Of a stretch of DNA of 64,000 bases, positions 1-11,833 are shown piece by piece. Location: assembly GCA_963666835.2 (NCBI GenBank), contig CAXXGO010000001.1, positions 416,001 to 480,000 on the forward strand, given 5' to 3'. The number at the start of each line of letters is the position of its first letter. Positions within the stretch are counted from its first letter, which is position 1. This DNA comes from Phycisphaerae bacterium. GTDB taxonomy: Bacteria > Planctomycetota > Phycisphaerae > UBA1845. The position numbers and the translations under genes are program-made. The notes beneath the pieces were generated by a model. That model searched no databases, was not told the DNA's origin, and saw only the letters and a list, made by a program, of their open reading frames with translations.

Positions 1-1
1 G

Positions 2-1885
2 TCGGCGGCGAGCACGATTGCCACGGCCGACTTGAACGGCAACATGATATACGCCAACCCGGCCTTCCTCGCATCCTGGGGCTATGATGACTTTGACGAA
101 GTACGGGGTCGGCCGTTCCCAGAATTCTGGATGGTCGGCGATCAACTGACCGAGATCCGCGAGGCGTTGCTCGGCAGAGGGGGGGGGAAGTGGTTCGGTG
201 AGATCAAGGCGAAGCGGAAGGACGACTCTCTGTTTGATGTGCAAGTCTCTGCCGCAACCGTTTACGACGGCGAAGGCGAGCCGGTGGCCATGATGTCTAC
301 CTCCATCGACATCTCCGAGCGTAAGCAAGCGGAGGAGAGACTAGTCGAGAGTGAGCGCCTCTTCCGGGCCGTGTTCGATCAGGCGGCTCAGTTTATGGGC
401 GTGCTCACTCCGGACGGAACCGTCATTAATATCAATAGGGCGGCTCGGGAGTTCATCGGACGTGATGAGCCGGAACTGGTCGGAAATCCCTTCTGGGAAA
501 CGCCGTGGTGGGCACACGCGGTAGAGTATCAGGAGCAATTGCGTGCCGCAATTCAGGATGCGTCCCACGGAGGGTCCGCGCGGTTCGAAACGACCCATCC
601 GCGCACGGATGGCAATCTTGCGTATGTGGATTTCTCCCTCACCCCGGTGAAGGACGAGGACGGCGAGGTTGTCTTCCTTATTCCCGAGGGACGCGATATC
701 ACCGAGAGCAAGCGCGCCGCCCAGGAGATGCAACGCCTCCGCAACCTCTTGAAGGACATTATAGACTCGATGCCCTCTGCGATCGTCGGCGTGGACCATG
801 AAGGCTGTGTCATGCAGTGGAATCGTGAGGCCGAGAACATTACCGGTGTGACCCCGTCGCAGGCCCACGGACGTCCGCTGGGCGACGTGTTCCCGCAATT
901 GGAGGGACAGTTGGACAATGTCTTCCAGGCTATCGCAACACGTAAGGTCCGTCAGAGCGTCAAGACCGCCCATAAGGTGAACGGCGAGAACCGCTTCTCC
1001 GAGGTTACGGTCTTTCCGCTCATTGCCAACGGCGTGGAAGGCGCCGTTGTCCGTGTGGATGACGTCACCAACCGGGTCCGCATCGAAGAGATGATGGTGC
1101 AGACCGAGAAGATGATGTCGGTTGGGGGGCTTGCGGCCGGCATGGCCCATGAGATCAACAACCCCTTGGCCGGTATTCTCCAGGGAGCGCAGAACATCGA
1201 GCGCCGGGTATTGCCGGACCTGCCCGGCAATGTTGAAGCCGCTCAGGCCTGCGGTACTTCAGTTGAGACGGTTCGAGCCTACCTGGAGAGGCGCGATATC
1301 CTGAAGTTCCTTACGGGCATTCGGGAATCGGGCGGGCGGGCCGCGAAGATCGTGGCCAACATGCTCCAGTTCAGTCGGCAGAGCGATTCCCGATTGGTAC
1401 CGTCGAACTTGGCGGAACTGATCGACCGTGCCGTAGATCTGGCAGAAAACGACTACGACCTCAAGAAGAGGTACGACTTCCGGCACATCGAAATCGTTCG
1501 CGAGTACGATGACGAGCTTCCGCCGGTTCCCGTTGTAGCGACCGAAATCGAGCAGGTCCTTCTGAATCTTCTGAAGAACGCCGCGCAAGCCGTGCAAAAC
1601 CGGGAAGCCGGCGAGAGTCCGAAGTTGATTCTGCGTGCCAGGAATGACGGGGACATGGCTCGGATCGAAGTGGAAGATAACGGCCCTGGTATGCCGGAAG
1701 ACGTGAGAAAGCGGGTGTTTGAGCCGTTTTTCACGACGAAGGAAGTAGGGGTAGGTACGGGGCTGGGTCTTTCGGTATCATACATGATAGTCACCAACAA
1801 CCACGGCGGGACAATGAGCGTGGAATCGGCGCCCGGTAACGGTGCCCGATTCATTGTTCGTTTGCCCGTAACGGAGAAGCGCTGA
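2..1885 (+). CDS. Multi-PAS sensor histidine kinase (5'-truncated by window edge)
   Basis: Frame open from position 2. Three PAS/PAC repeats, H-box AHEINNPL, N-box [26 protein letters not shown]. Confidence 0.93.
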   Translation, partial: SAASTIATADLNGNMIYANPAFLASWGYDDFDEVRGRPFPEFWMVGDQLTEIREALLGRGGGKWFGEIKAKRKDDSLFDVQVSAATVYDGEGEPVAMMSTSIDISERKQAEERLVESERLFRAVFDQAAQFMGVLTPDGTVININRAAREFIGRDEPELVGNPFWETPWWAHAVEYQEQLRAAIQDASHGGSARFETTHPRTDGNLAYVDFSLTPVKDEDGEVVFLIPEGRDITESKRAAQEMQRLRNLLKDIIDSMPSAIVGVDHEGCVMQWNREAENITGVTPSQAHGRPLGDVFPQLEGQLDNVFQAIATRKVRQSVKTAHKVNGENRFSEVTVFPLIANGVEGAVVRVDDVTNRVRIEEMMVQTEKMMSVGGLAAGMAHEINNPLAGILQGAQNIERRVLPDLPGNVEAAQACGTSVETVRAYLERRDILKFLTGIRESGGRAAKIVANMLQFSRQSDSRLVPSNLAELIDRAVDLAENDYDLKKRYDFRHIEIVREYDDELPPVPVVATEIEQVLLNLLKNAAQAVQNREAGESPKLILRARNDGDMARIEVEDNGPGMPEDVRKRVFEPFFTTKEVGVGTGLGLSVSYMIVTNNHGGTMSVESAPGNGARFIVRLPVTEKR

Positions 1886-2313
1886 TGACTAGCCAAGCCC
1901 TCAAGGTCCTCATCGTGGATGACGAAGCGGTAGTCCGTCAGAGCCTCGCGGCTTTCTTCGAGGATGAGGGTTTCGAGGTGGCGATGGCCGCCGACGGGGA
2001 GGAGGCGTTGCGCCTTGTTGCGGATCGCCGATTTGATTTCGGCGTCATCGACATGCGGTTGCCCGGTATCGATGGTAATGCCGTGATCCTGGAATCCCAC
2101 GAGATACAGCCGGACATGCGATTCCTAATTCACACGGGATCTGCCAGCTACCAGCTTCCGCCCAATCTCAAGGAGCTGGGGATCGCCGCATCGGACGTGT
2201 TCAGGAAGCCGATAAAAGACATGACGGCGCTGGCCGTAGCGGCCCAGCGCATTCTCGACCGCAGGATCGCGTCGAAGGCGGCTGTGGGTGAGGATCGGGA
2301 ATCGGCGGATTGA
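1885..2313 (+). CDS. Single-domain response regulator (REC)
   Basis: LIVDDE...VIDMRLPG...RKP receiver motifs. Start overlaps the upstream stop (TGATG). Confidence 0.9.
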   Translation: MTSQALKVLIVDDEAVVRQSLAAFFEDEGFEVAMAADGEEALRLVADRRFDFGVIDMRLPGIDGNAVILESHEIQPDMRFLIHTGSASYQLPPNLKELGIAASDVFRKPIKDMTALAVAAQRILDRRIASKAAVGEDRESAD

Positions 2314-2469
2314 TGCGACGCTTCAGCCCGAACGGTGGGGCGACCTGGCCGGCGGATCCGCTCTGCGTTCGACAGTGCAAGGGACTGGTCGTCGCGTTCA
2401 AGCCGGGCGGCGCGAAGACATTGCGGGCTACCCGAAAGAAGACCGGAATAGAACGGAATTCCGGTCTAC

Positions 2470-2660
2470 ATGGGGATTGTCGCAGCAGTACGCGCGTACG
2501 GGACCGCGAACAACCGGGAGTCGAGCAGAAAGCCCTTTACATCAGAGCCTCGGAACCGGATCATCAGGGTATCGGTGGGAAACCAGTTCGAGCCCACCAT
2601 TGCAGAGGCACTCCTTCGCCGCGTGGATCACATGTTCGCGGTGAAGGAGCCCAGGGTTGA
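2470..2660 (+). pseudogene. Possible remnant of an HD-GYP phosphodiesterase C-terminus
   Basis: Translation IIRVSVGNQFEPTIAEALLRRVDHMFAVKE resembles the G-x-QFDP-x-(I/V)-x-A-F-L tail of HD-GYP proteins. No HD or GYP motif is visible. Confidence 0.3.
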
Positions 2661-2732
2661 GCCGAGCGGAACCGGAGTGCTTGTATCGGCTTGCTGTATA
2701 GGCGACCCGGCAATCAGAGGAGTGGACAGCGT

Positions 2733-4439
2733 ATGCCCAGGGACTCCCACGCGACCGTGCTGACGATTGAGGACGAGGCGGTGGTTCGTCAGAGCATCGT
2801 CGCTTACCTCCAAGATCAGGGTTACATGGTTCTCGAAGCGGCCGACGGTCGTGTTGGGTTAGAAGTCTTTCGAAGGGAGCTACCCGACGCGGTCTTGGTT
2901 GATCTGCGCATGCCTGAGGTAGATGGGCTCGAAGTTCTCAAGACTATCGTTCGAGAGTCGCCCGATACGCCGATTATTGTGGTCTCGGGTACGGGAGTGC
3001 TGGCTGATGCTGTTGAGGCCCTTCGCGCGGGAGCCTGGGACTTTGTGCTCAAGCCGATTATGGAGATGGCGGTGCTCCATCATGCCATCCGCAACGGTCT
3101 GGAGCGCACTCATCTTCTGCGGGAGAACCGGCGGTATCAGGAACGCCTCGAAGACCAGGTGAAGGAACGGACGGCTCAACTCGAGGCGACCAACGATGCC
3201 CTCACTCGGGAAATCGAGGATCATCAGCGCGCCGAGGAAGAACGTCGGAGCCTCGAGGCCCAGCTACGGCACTCGCAGAAGCTGGAGGCGGTCGGGCAAC
3301 TAGCCGGTGGCGTTGCCCACGACTTCAACAACATCCTCACGACCATCTTCGGCAATATTGAACTGACGATCAGTGCTCTGGGCAAGGAACGTCCTCCTAT
3401 CGCGACGATCCTGGAGCAGGCCCGTCAGATTGAGCAAGGTGCCCAGCGGGCGTCGGCGCTGACTCGGCGGCTTCTGGCATTCAGCCGGCGACAGGTCTGC
3501 AAACCCGAGATAGTCGACCTGAATGCCACGCTCAACGATGTGTCGAAGATGCTCGGCCAGTTGTTGGAAGAGAACATTCACGTAACCATGAACCTGTCCC
3601 CCGTGATCCCTCGTATCCGCATCGATGCGGGGCAGATGGAGCAGATTGTCATCAACTTGGCAGTTAACGCTCGAGATGCCATGCGGGATGGTGGACGACT
3701 TACCATCGAAACCTCGGAAACCGCGTTCGATGACGGTGATATCGCAGCCCATCCGGAAGTCCAGCCCGGCGCCTACGCGATGCTCTCTGTGCGAGATACC
3801 GGAGTCGGGATGACGCCCGATATTGTGGAGCGGATTTTCGAGCCGTTCTTCACGACTAAGGCCTTGGGCCAGGGAACCGGGCTCGGCTTGTCCACCGTCT
3901 ATGGAATCGTCAAGCAAGCGGGCGGGCATGTTGCCGTTGAAAGCCGGCCGCAGGCGGGAACGACGTTTCGGGTCTACTTACCGGCCGTGGATGCTCCGGT
4001 TTCCCGCCGCGCCGAGACGCGGTTCTCGGACGATGCGCCGACCGGCGACGAGACGATTCTCTTGTGCGAAGATGACATTGCCGTGCGGGAGCTTACCGAG
4101 CTTCTCCTCGTTGACGCAGGGTATACGGTCCTCACGGCCGCCAGTGGGCGGCGCGCTGTGGCATTAGCCGAGGATCGATCTCGGAAGATTGACCTGCTGA
4201 TAACAGACGTTGTCATGCCCGACATGGATGGCCGGGAACTGGCTCAGGCCTTGGCCGCGGAGCACCCGGACTTGATGGTCCTGTTCGTTTCCGGGTATAC
4301 GGCTGATGTTATCGCTCATCACGGGGTGCTCGATGCGGGCGTCGAGTTCCTCGAGAAACCGTTCAATCGGCGGACTCTGCTCAATCGCGTTCGAGACGTG
4401 TTGGACAAGGCCGCATGCACATCCGATACGACATCTTGA
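2733..4439 (+). CDS. Hybrid histidine kinase REC-HisKA-HATPase-REC
   Basis: N-terminal REC (IEDE, VDLRMP), [27 protein letters not shown]-terminal REC (TDVVMP, EKPF). ATG at 2733 follows GAGGAG. Confidence 0.93.
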   Translation: MPRDSHATVLTIEDEAVVRQSIVAYLQDQGYMVLEAADGRVGLEVFRRELPDAVLVDLRMPEVDGLEVLKTIVRESPDTPIIVVSGTGVLADAVEALRAGAWDFVLKPIMEMAVLHHAIRNGLERTHLLRENRRYQERLEDQVKERTAQLEATNDALTREIEDHQRAEEERRSLEAQLRHSQKLEAVGQLAGGVAHDFNNILTTIFGNIELTISALGKERPPIATILEQARQIEQGAQRASALTRRLLAFSRRQVCKPEIVDLNATLNDVSKMLGQLLEENIHVTMNLSPVIPRIRIDAGQMEQIVINLAVNARDAMRDGGRLTIETSETAFDDGDIAAHPEVQPGAYAMLSVRDTGVGMTPDIVERIFEPFFTTKALGQGTGLGLSTVYGIVKQAGGHVAVESRPQAGTTFRVYLPAVDAPVSRRAETRFSDDAPTGDETILLCEDDIAVRELTELLLVDAGYTVLTAASGRRAVALAEDRSRKIDLLITDVVMPDMDGRELAQALAAEHPDLMVLFVSGYTADVIAHHGVLDAGVEFLEKPFNRRTLLNRVRDVLDKAACTSDTTS

Positions 4440-4555
4440 TGGGTGGTAGATCCCGCAGGCGTTGACCACGGTGGATATCGGACGAGCGGGATAGCTCGAA
4501 GACCGCCCCGGATACGGGCGTACTCCGGTACTGCTGCGGGGCGGCGCCGGTTCGG

Positions 4556-7500
4556 ATGCGTACGGAGGTCTCGTTGGATTCTCACTCTCATACTCCGTCT
4601 GCCACTATTCTGGTAATGGAGGGCGACGCTGAAGTTCGCGAGCGCATGGTGACCTTACTGAGTCACTATGGCTTCGATGTCCTCGAAGCGCGCGATGGGC
4701 ACGAGGGCGTCCGCCTGTTTCACGAGAACCGTCCCGACGCCGTGGTAGTCGACCTGGTATTACCGGGAATAACCGGATTGCGCGTTGTGCAGCGACTCGC
4801 GCGCGAGGCTCCGGGCGTTCCGGTCATTGTGGTTGCTGGGGCCGAGCATGCCGATGAGGCGCTGGCGGCCTTGCGGTGGGGGGCGGCGGACTGTGTTCTT
4901 AAGCCTCTCGGCGACATGAGCGAACTGCGCGATTCCATCAGGAAATCACTGGCCCGTGCGGGTTACGCTGAGAAGGACCGTCAACTTCAGGTTGTCAAGG
5001 AAGCTGCGGGACTTGGCGCGGCGCGCCGCGCCGAAAACGCCCCGCGCGTGGTGGAGGGCAATCTGCAAGCTGTGTTTGATGCGGCGCCGGTTGCCATGCT
5101 TCTTCTCGACGCCGATCTGACCGTTCGGCACGCCAACGCCTGCGCAGTTGAACTGATTGGCGATCCGGTTTCGGAAATCGTGGATCGGAATGCCAGGCCG
5201 GGAATCAACTGCCTGTGCGGAAGGGGCAAGGACGGGTCCTGTGGCCAATCAGCCGAATGTGCGGATTGCTGTTGGCGCGAAATGCTCGATACCACCGTTA
5301 GCACCCAAGAGGTTATCCGGGGGCGGGAGATTCGCTTGCTGGAACCGCGAGGCGGAACGGGCGCCGAGACTTGGCTCAGCGTAAGCACTGCGCCGGTTAT
5401 GATCGACGGTGAACAGCACGTGATTGCATCGTTCGAGAACATCTCCGAACGGCGACGAGTCGAGCAGGAGCGGCGCGCTCGGCTTCAGCGAGTCCGGCAA
5501 CAACAGTGTGCGATTCTGCAACTTACAACTGAGCAGTCTCTCATTCTGGGAGACGTACGTCCGGCTATGCGGGCGATTACGGAGGCGGCGGCGCACGCTC
5601 TCGGAGTGCAACGGGCGAGTATCTGGCTGACGGGTGAGTCCGGCAGAGTCTTCCGCTGCGCACACCTGCACACGTGCGGCGACAATACTCCTGCGGATGG
5701 GACGATTCTGCAGGCGAGTCGTATCCCTACCTTTCTGAAAGCTCTTCGGGAAGAACGCGTGGTAGAGGCCGCCGATGTCAGCGATGACGCGAGGATCCGC
5801 GAGTTTGTGGACGGCTTCTTCATGGAGCCTCGGGCGGTTTCGATATTAGCCGCCACTATTCGTGACTCGGGTGTGTTGGTGGGCTTCATTGTCTTCGAGC
5901 AGACCGGGGAATCGCGCAGGTGGGAAACCGATGAACGTGCCTTCGCCGGGAACATGGCCGACGAGGTCGTCCGTGCGCTGGTCAGCGGTGAGCGCCGGCG
6001 TACGGCGGACGCTCTCGCTGACCGGTTGGCTTACGAAGAAGCCCTGGCGGAATGTTCTCAAGCTCTGCTCGCCGGGCACGACGATGCCCTGGCTACCGCG
6101 CTGGGACACTTGTGTTCGGCGTCCGGCGCCGGTCGAGTCTGTATGTTTGAGAACTTCGAAGATCCTACAGATGGATTGTGTACGCGCCCCACGTGTGAAG
6201 TCTGCGCGCCGGGGGTAGCGACCAAGATCGGCAACTCCGCCCTGTTGCCCATGGCGTACCGCGCAGGGTTTGACCGGTGGCGAGTGGCTCTGTCCAAAGG
6301 ACTCCCGATCGAGGGTGTCGTAGAGTCCTTTCCGGAAAGTGAGAGACGGGTTCTCGAGTCCTTCGATATCAAGTCCCTGTTGGTGCTGCCGACCTGGGGG
6401 GCGGAGCGATGGCATGGTTTTGTTGGAATCGATGACACCGCTGCCGCCCGGGAATGGGATCGCGAGAGCGTCCGAGTGCTGCAGACTGCGGCAGAGATGA
6501 TCGGTGCTTACCTGGATCGCCGCCAGGCCGATCAGGCTCTGCGCGAACAGGCCGACCTGCTGAAGAGTAAGAACCAGAAGCTCAAGGACCAGAGGCAACA
6601 ACTGGAGAAGAAACAGAGCGAATTGGTAGCGATGAACAGCGTTCTGGCCGAGGCCAAGACTCAGGCCGAAGCGGCCAACCTTGCCAAGAGTGAGTTTCTG
6701 GCCAATATGAGTCACGAGATTCGGACTCCGCTGAATTGCATCATCGGATACGCCGAGGTTGCTCTCGGATCCGATTCCATTGAAGCCGTGCACGGGCACA
6801 ACCATGGCATTATTCGCGAATCCGAGCACCTGCTGAGTCTTATCAACGAGGTATTGGACCACGCCAAGATCGAGGCTGGCCGGTTGGAACTGGAGCAGCG
6901 CGTCTTCGACCTTCCCCAAGTGGTGCTGCAGGTCGAAGGTAGCGTCCGAGCCGGCGCCGAAGCGAAGGGCCTCCGGTTGGCGACTTCCGTCGGGGCGGAT
7001 GTCCCGCGCTTCGTGATAGGTGACTCGCTCCGGTTGCGGCAGATTCTCATAAACCTGGTCGGCAACGCTATCAAGTTCACGGAACAGGGGTCCGTCAAGA
7101 TTGGCGCAGCTCTCGTCAAGTCTACCGGAGAGCACGCGAGTATCCGTTTCTCGGTAATCGACACCGGGATAGGGATTCCGCTGGAAAGGCAGGATTCCAT
7201 CTTCGAGAGTTTCACGCAGGTGGATGGCAGCACTACGCGCAAATACGGCGGGACCGGATTGGGGACGACGATCTCCCATCGACTCGTCGGGTTGATGGGC
7301 GGCGAGATCGGCGTGACTAGCGCTCCCGGCGAGGGTAGCACCTTCTGGTTCACCGTTCCACTCAAACTCTGCGCAGAGCAGCCGGAGGCGCTCACGCAGG
7401 TTGCCACAAGTATGGCACAGCCGACCGGCGTCGAGCGAAGACGTTACTGCGGACGTGTTCTTCTCGTCGAAGACTATGCGCCTAATCGCGAGGTTCTGCG

Positions 7501-8221
7501 CATGCACCTGGAACGAGCCGGGTACCAGGTGGACCTCGCCGAGAACGGACGCGAGGCGGTCGAGACCTGCGCCGAACGGGCCTACGACGTCATCCTCACC
7601 GATGTGCAGATGCCCGATATGGACGGCTACGAAGCAACTCGCCGGATTCGCGCCGGCAATTCTCCTTGCCGAAATGCGCCCATTGTCGGAGTCACCGCCC
7701 ACGCCGGGGCGGATGCGCGGGACAAGTGCCACGAGGCGGGAATGGATGATGTAATCACCAAACCGATTCGGAGAGAAGCCCTGCTGGCGGCCGTGGAGGC
7801 GGCCTTGTCACGTGCGCCAAAGAGCGAGGGTATTGCCGGAGGATCATCGGAGGACGCCACGGCTCTGCACTGTCCGATGGACTACGCGCGACTTCTGGAG
7901 GAATTCGAGGACGCCGCGCTTGTGGAGCAGGCCTTGCGGGTTTTTCTGGATAAGGCTGACGAGCAGATGGAGATCTTACGCCGGGCATTGGCCGATGGAG
8001 ATTCAGACGCCCTCCGGCGTGAAGCCCACTCTATCAAAGGAGCGGCCGGCACGCTCGAGGCGCCCATGCTCGCGGACGCCGCCAGGGCGTTGGAGGAACT
8101 TTGCAGGCAGGAGAATGGCGAGGGGCTTCCTTTTGGGCTTGACAAACTGGCCGCAGAATACGATCATTTCAAGCAGTACGCTGTTCAGTGTTTAGACCGG
8201 GGTGCCCGCGGGGGTGGCTGA
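4556..8221 (+). CDS. Unorthodox hybrid histidine kinase REC-PAS-GAF-GAF-HisKA-HATPase-REC-Hpt
   Basis: [39 protein letters not shown], Hpt AHSIKGAA. Confidence 0.93.
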   Translation: MRTEVSLDSHSHTPSATILVMEGDAEVRERMVTLLSHYGFDVLEARDGHEGVRLFHENRPDAVVVDLVLPGITGLRVVQRLAREAPGVPVIVVAGAEHADEALAALRWGAADCVLKPLGDMSELRDSIRKSLARAGYAEKDRQLQVVKEAAGLGAARRAENAPRVVEGNLQAVFDAAPVAMLLLDADLTVRHANACAVELIGDPVSEIVDRNARPGINCLCGRGKDGSCGQSAECADCCWREMLDTTVSTQEVIRGREIRLLEPRGGTGAETWLSVSTAPVMIDGEQHVIASFENISERRRVEQERRARLQRVRQQQCAILQLTTEQSLILGDVRPAMRAITEAAAHALGVQRASIWLTGESGRVFRCAHLHTCGDNTPADGTILQASRIPTFLKALREERVVEAADVSDDARIREFVDGFFMEPRAVSILAATIRDSGVLVGFIVFEQTGESRRWETDERAFAGNMADEVVRALVSGERRRTADALADRLAYEEALAECSQALLAGHDDALATALGHLCSASGAGRVCMFENFEDPTDGLCTRPTCEVCAPGVATKIGNSALLPMAYRAGFDRWRVALSKGLPIEGVVESFPESERRVLESFDIKSLLVLPTWGAERWHGFVGIDDTAAAREWDRESVRVLQTAAEMIGAYLDRRQADQALREQADLLKSKNQKLKDQRQQLEKKQSELVAMNSVLAEAKTQAEAANLAKSEFLANMSHEIRTPLNCIIGYAEVALGSDSIEAVHGHNHGIIRESEHLLSLINEVLDHAKIEAGRLELEQRVFDLPQVVLQVEGSVRAGAEAKGLRLATSVGADVPRFVIGDSLRLRQILINLVGNAIKFTEQGSVKIGAALVKSTGEHASIRFSVIDTGIGIPLERQDSIFESFTQVDGSTTRKYGGTGLGTTISHRLVGLMGGEIGVTSAPGEGSTFWFTVPLKLCAEQPEALTQVATSMAQPTGVERRRYCGRVLLVEDYAPNREVLRMHLERAGYQVDLAENGREAVETCAERAYDVILTDVQMPDMDGYEATRRIRAGNSPCRNAPIVGVTAHAGADARDKCHEAGMDDVITKPIRREALLAAVEAALSRAPKSEGIAGGSSEDATALHCPMDYARLLEEFEDAALVEQALRVFLDKADEQMEILRRALADGDSDALRREAHSIKGAAGTLEAPMLADAARALEELCRQENGEGLPFGLDKLAAEYDHFKQYAVQCLDRGARGGG

Positions 8222-8640
8222 TGCGTAGCCTCGTAGTCGATGACGAGTTTGTGGCCCTTACCAGAATGTCGGCCATGCTGGGACGGTACGGCAGGTGCGA
8301 CGCGGCGACTCATGGTTCCCAAGCGGTTGAGATGTACCGGGCTGCGGTCAAAGAGGGCTTCTACTACAGTCTGGTTACTATCGACATTGACATGCCGGAG
8401 ATGAGCGGCATCAGGCTCCTCAAAGCGCTGCGTGACGTGGACGCGGACTTGGATATAGTACCTGCCAAGAAGATCATCGTGTCGGCCACGAGCAGCTCTG
8501 ACATGGTACGCATGGCGGCCGAATCACATTGTGATGGGTATTTGGTCAAACCGGTGAGGACGGAAGTGCTGGATCGTAAGCTCCGGGAGATCGGGTTGGT
8601 CCAGAATCAGACGTGCCCGTCGTCACCCTCAGGCCTGTAA
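8221..8640 (+). CDS. CheY-like response regulator
   Basis: LVVDDE, IDIDMPEM, YLVKP. ATG overlaps the upstream TGA. Confidence 0.9.
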   Translation: MRSLVVDDEFVALTRMSAMLGRYGRCDAATHGSQAVEMYRAAVKEGFYYSLVTIDIDMPEMSGIRLLKALRDVDADLDIVPAKKIIVSATSSSDMVRMAAESHCDGYLVKPVRTEVLDRKLREIGLVQNQTCPSSPSGL

Positions 8641-8757
8641 CGGGTCTTCACTCTGCTCAAGCCCCTCGGGCAGGCGAAATGAGCTGACGTACGTCCGGTT
8701 CGTGCCGGAACCACTCAACGTATCTCGCCAATCCACACGAGCGGAGATCAACTACCG

Positions 8758-10539
8758 TTACGGGCAATCCACCGGGGCGCTGAAGGGATAGGCGTTCCCC
8801 TTAAACCCGCCTACGATCTGCTGAACATCGGTCATGTTGACCACGATGTTGGGGGTCTCGGGATCTACGTCCACCCAGATCAGAGGCGGCGCTATGGCGC
8901 CTCCGTTGAAGCGCTGGATAGCTGCGAAGATGTCGTCCATGTTCACGATGCCATTAGGCTCGGTCCACGTGTTGTCCATCACCGGTCCGACCACGTCGGC
9001 CCAGAACTTCGGGTCGGGCTGCGCGGCCGTTTCGACCAACACCGGATCGCTGAACCCGATTCCGTCCAGGCTGGCGCGAATCTCATAGACGGTGTCGGGC
9101 AGGATTGCGCAGTCGCCGACATGAACCACCTCGGGCCAGGAGTTACTGAAACGGGCGGTATCGACAATACGGGCGATGCCGTCGCCGTCGGGAGCCCCCA
9201 CCCACCCGACCGGTCCGGTGGATCCGGTAAACAGACCGCAGTCGGCTATCGTCACGTGGAATGACACCAGAATGCCACTCGGTGCCGGGTAGAAAGAGAT
9301 GTACCGGTTCTTGCGGATGTCGTGAATGCTCGCCTGGTGGCAATCGCACTTACTGCTGAGCGGATTGCAGAACCAGGTCTGTCCGGGGCAGTCGCCGTCT
9401 TCCGTGCATGAGATATCCAGATCCGCCGGCAGGGTTCCGATGCAGGTTCCGGCGCCGTCGCAGTGATCGTTGATAATGCACTCGTTGGCATTACTGCAGA
9501 CTTGCTCCTCTGGGTATAGCCAATGCTCGGCCTCGCCGGTCGTCTGACACAGATCCCCGCTGCCCCCGGGGCACTCCGAGTCGAGATAGCAGGTGCCGCC
9601 CGTGAGTGTGCATCTCTTCAGGCAGTAGTCGAACGTGCAGTCATTGCCGTCATCGAAGGGAGCCGTAGTTCCGTCCGCGGCATTGCAGCAGTCTACCGCA
9701 GAATTGTATAGCAGGGTGTACTGGCATCCGCAGACCAGGTCGCACGTTTCGCTCGTGCATACGTCGAAATCGTTGCAATCCGGATCCGTTTCGCAATCGG
9801 GGCATCCGCAGTTGGCGCAGGTCTCATCGAACAGCAAGTCTCGGGGAGCGGGCATAGCGTCGCACATTGTCTGCGAGTAGTTGTTTCGACAAGTAGCGGT
9901 CACCAAGCCGATTGAAGCGCAACAACGCCCGATCGGGATCTCTATAGTCGCTGCCTGTCGCACCAGCCCGGGGATCGCCTGCGCAGTCTGATCGTTGAGA
10001 AACGTCTTAATCTCGGACGGGTTCCAATCGACCACATACGTGCCGCCCGCGCCCGCCGGGACCTCGACGATCAGAACTCCGCCGTAATAATCGCCGCCGC
10101 CGTCTGGAAACGTACCGGCGACGCCGCTGCCTCCCCATTCGTAATCAAGCGTAGTGGTCATTACGCCGGCGAGAGGAGTGAGGTCTCTAAACGGAAAGTC
10201 GGCCCGAGTATGGTCGATAAAGGCCCCGTCTTCCGGCGTGCCCGGCCAGCCCTTTGGCACCAGTGGATCGCCCACGCCGTTTTCGTATCCCGCCGAAACC
10301 AGCGTTCCTTGGTAAGCTCCGAGTTCCGGCGCACCGGCAGCGCTACCCCACCCGCTAAGGACAATCTCGAAAGTGACCTCCGCCGGACCGCCCGGCAGGT
10401 GAATCGTCGTGCCGTCGATAGTGTAGGAGCCGGTCGAACTGATCGGCTGCCACCTGATCATGGGATCGGCCGGCGCAGATTCGGCAAACACCGCGCCTAG
10501 CAACACGAGTCCCCCGCCCAGAGCACGAAAGCGCAACAT
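8758..10539 (-). CDS. Secreted Cys-rich protein with C-terminal dockerin-like duplicated motif
   Basis: Signal peptide MLRFRALGGGLVLLGAVFAESA. Cys repeats CNDFDVCTSETCD / DDGNDCTFDYC. Paired PNGIVNMDDIFAAI / PNIVVNMTDVQQIV motifs. Confidence 0.75.
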   Translation of the reverse strand: MLRFRALGGGLVLLGAVFAESAPADPMIRWQPISSTGSYTIDGTTIHLPGGPAEVTFEIVLSGWGSAAGAPELGAYQGTLVSAGYENGVGDPLVPKGWPGTPEDGAFIDHTRADFPFRDLTPLAGVMTTTLDYEWGGSGVAGTFPDGGGDYYGGVLIVEVPAGAGGTYVVDWNPSEIKTFLNDQTAQAIPGLVRQAATIEIPIGRCCASIGLVTATCRNNYSQTMCDAMPAPRDLLFDETCANCGCPDCETDPDCNDFDVCTSETCDLVCGCQYTLLYNSAVDCCNAADGTTAPFDDGNDCTFDYCLKRCTLTGGTCYLDSECPGGSGDLCQTTGEAEHWLYPEEQVCSNANECIINDHCDGAGTCIGTLPADLDISCTEDGDCPGQTWFCNPLSSKCDCHQASIHDIRKNRYISFYPAPSGILVSFHVTIADCGLFTGSTGPVGWVGAPDGDGIARIVDTARFSNSWPEVVHVGDCAILPDTVYEIRASLDGIGFSDPVLVETAAQPDPKFWADVVGPVMDNTWTEPNGIVNMDDIFAAIQRFNGGAIAPPLIWVDVDPETPNIVVNMTDVQQIVGGFKGNAYPFSAPVDCP

Positions 10540-10840
10540 GACAAGGCCCTCCAAACCCGAAACCTCTCGGCATGAACACCACCCAGTTTACCGGATCCGC
10601 CGGCCGTTTTGAAGCGCTATTTCGGCTCGAAATCCGCGGTATGACACCGCGCACAACCGAGCGCCGGCCTCAATTCCGCCTCCAAACGCCCGATCTGCCG
10701 TCCTGACCGCTAAGACGCCGGTGCCGAAGAGGCTGGGCGCATCGCCTGCAAGGTCTGTGAGTTGACCGTGCGGCACAAGAGGTCAACAATCTCGTAGTGA
10801 CCGCGACTGCCGACACTTCAGCGCGGGGGAAAGAAAGCAG

Positions 10841-11833
10841 ATGACGTCCTCGGCTCCTGAATGGGATCTGGTTCCGTTCGAAGTGGGCTGCGCCCGTTGT
10901 GGACAGGATCTGCGCGGGCTTACCGACCCGGCCTGCCCGGCCTGCAATCTGGAGTTCGAATGGACGGACGTTGTCCCGCTCGACGAGCTGCAATGCCTGC
11001 AGTGTGGGTATCAACTTCGTGGTTTGCAGGAGCCGCGATGTCCGGAATGTGGGGAACGCTTCACCTGGCCGGAGATCCTCGAGGAGGTCAGCCGCCGCCG
11101 CCAGCCGCTTTTCGAGTATCGTTGGCGCCGCACGCCGCTGAGGTCTTTTGCGCGGACGTGGCTGTTGGCGCTGCGGCCGCGGAGCTTCTGGCGGCGTATC
11201 GACATCCACCAGCCGCCGGCGGTGGGGGCATTGCTTCTGATGGTCGTTGCGGGGTCCATCGCTACTTGGTTGATCCTAAGCATGGGGCTGGGCATTAGGT
11301 CCTGGCTGGCGGTTGCTTCGAATACTCCTGTGCCCTTGCGCATTTATCTTCCGAGCGATCTTGTCATCCGAATCGGGAGAGTGCTGGCGTATCTGCCGGG
11401 ATGCGACTTCGCCAAGACGTATATGCTCTGGGTGGCCTTCGGTTTAGCGTCGCTATTGGTCTTCCGGCAGTCTATGCGCAAGTATAAGGTGCGCACCGTT
11501 CATGTTGTGAGGGTGTGGGCCTATTCGCATTCGTTCATCGTGCCAACAGTGGCTATCATGTTTGCGGCCGCGGGTCTCGTCGATCTTCTCATTACCGGAG
11601 ACTTGGTTCGGGAAATCTGTAACGTCCTGCCGGTTGTTCTGTTCGGGTTCGCAAGCTGGTCCGTACGGCAGGGATACGCCGACTATCTGCACATGCCTCA
11701 TGCGGCCGCCGTGGCGATTGTGTCCCAGATCGTCGCGATTCTGGCGATGCTGGGGATACTGACCATAATGGGGGACGTGTCGTACGTAGGTATGCTGGTC
11801 CGCGAGGCGTTGGAACTGGTGAGGATCTGGTAG
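10841..11833 (+). CDS. Double zinc-ribbon membrane protein
   Basis: CARCGQDLRGL..CPAC and CLQCGYQLRGL..CPECG followed by about 5 hydrophobic helices. Confidence 0.8.
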   Translation: MTSSAPEWDLVPFEVGCARCGQDLRGLTDPACPACNLEFEWTDVVPLDELQCLQCGYQLRGLQEPRCPECGERFTWPEILEEVSRRRQPLFEYRWRRTPLRSFARTWLLALRPRSFWRRIDIHQPPAVGALLLMVVAGSIATWLILSMGLGIRSWLAVASNTPVPLRIYLPSDLVIRIGRVLAYLPGCDFAKTYMLWVAFGLASLLVFRQSMRKYKVRTVHVVRVWAYSHSFIVPTVAIMFAAAGLVDLLITGDLVREICNVLPVVLFGFASWSVRQGYADYLHMPHAAAVAIVSQIVAILAMLGILTIMGDVSYVGMLVREALELVRIW

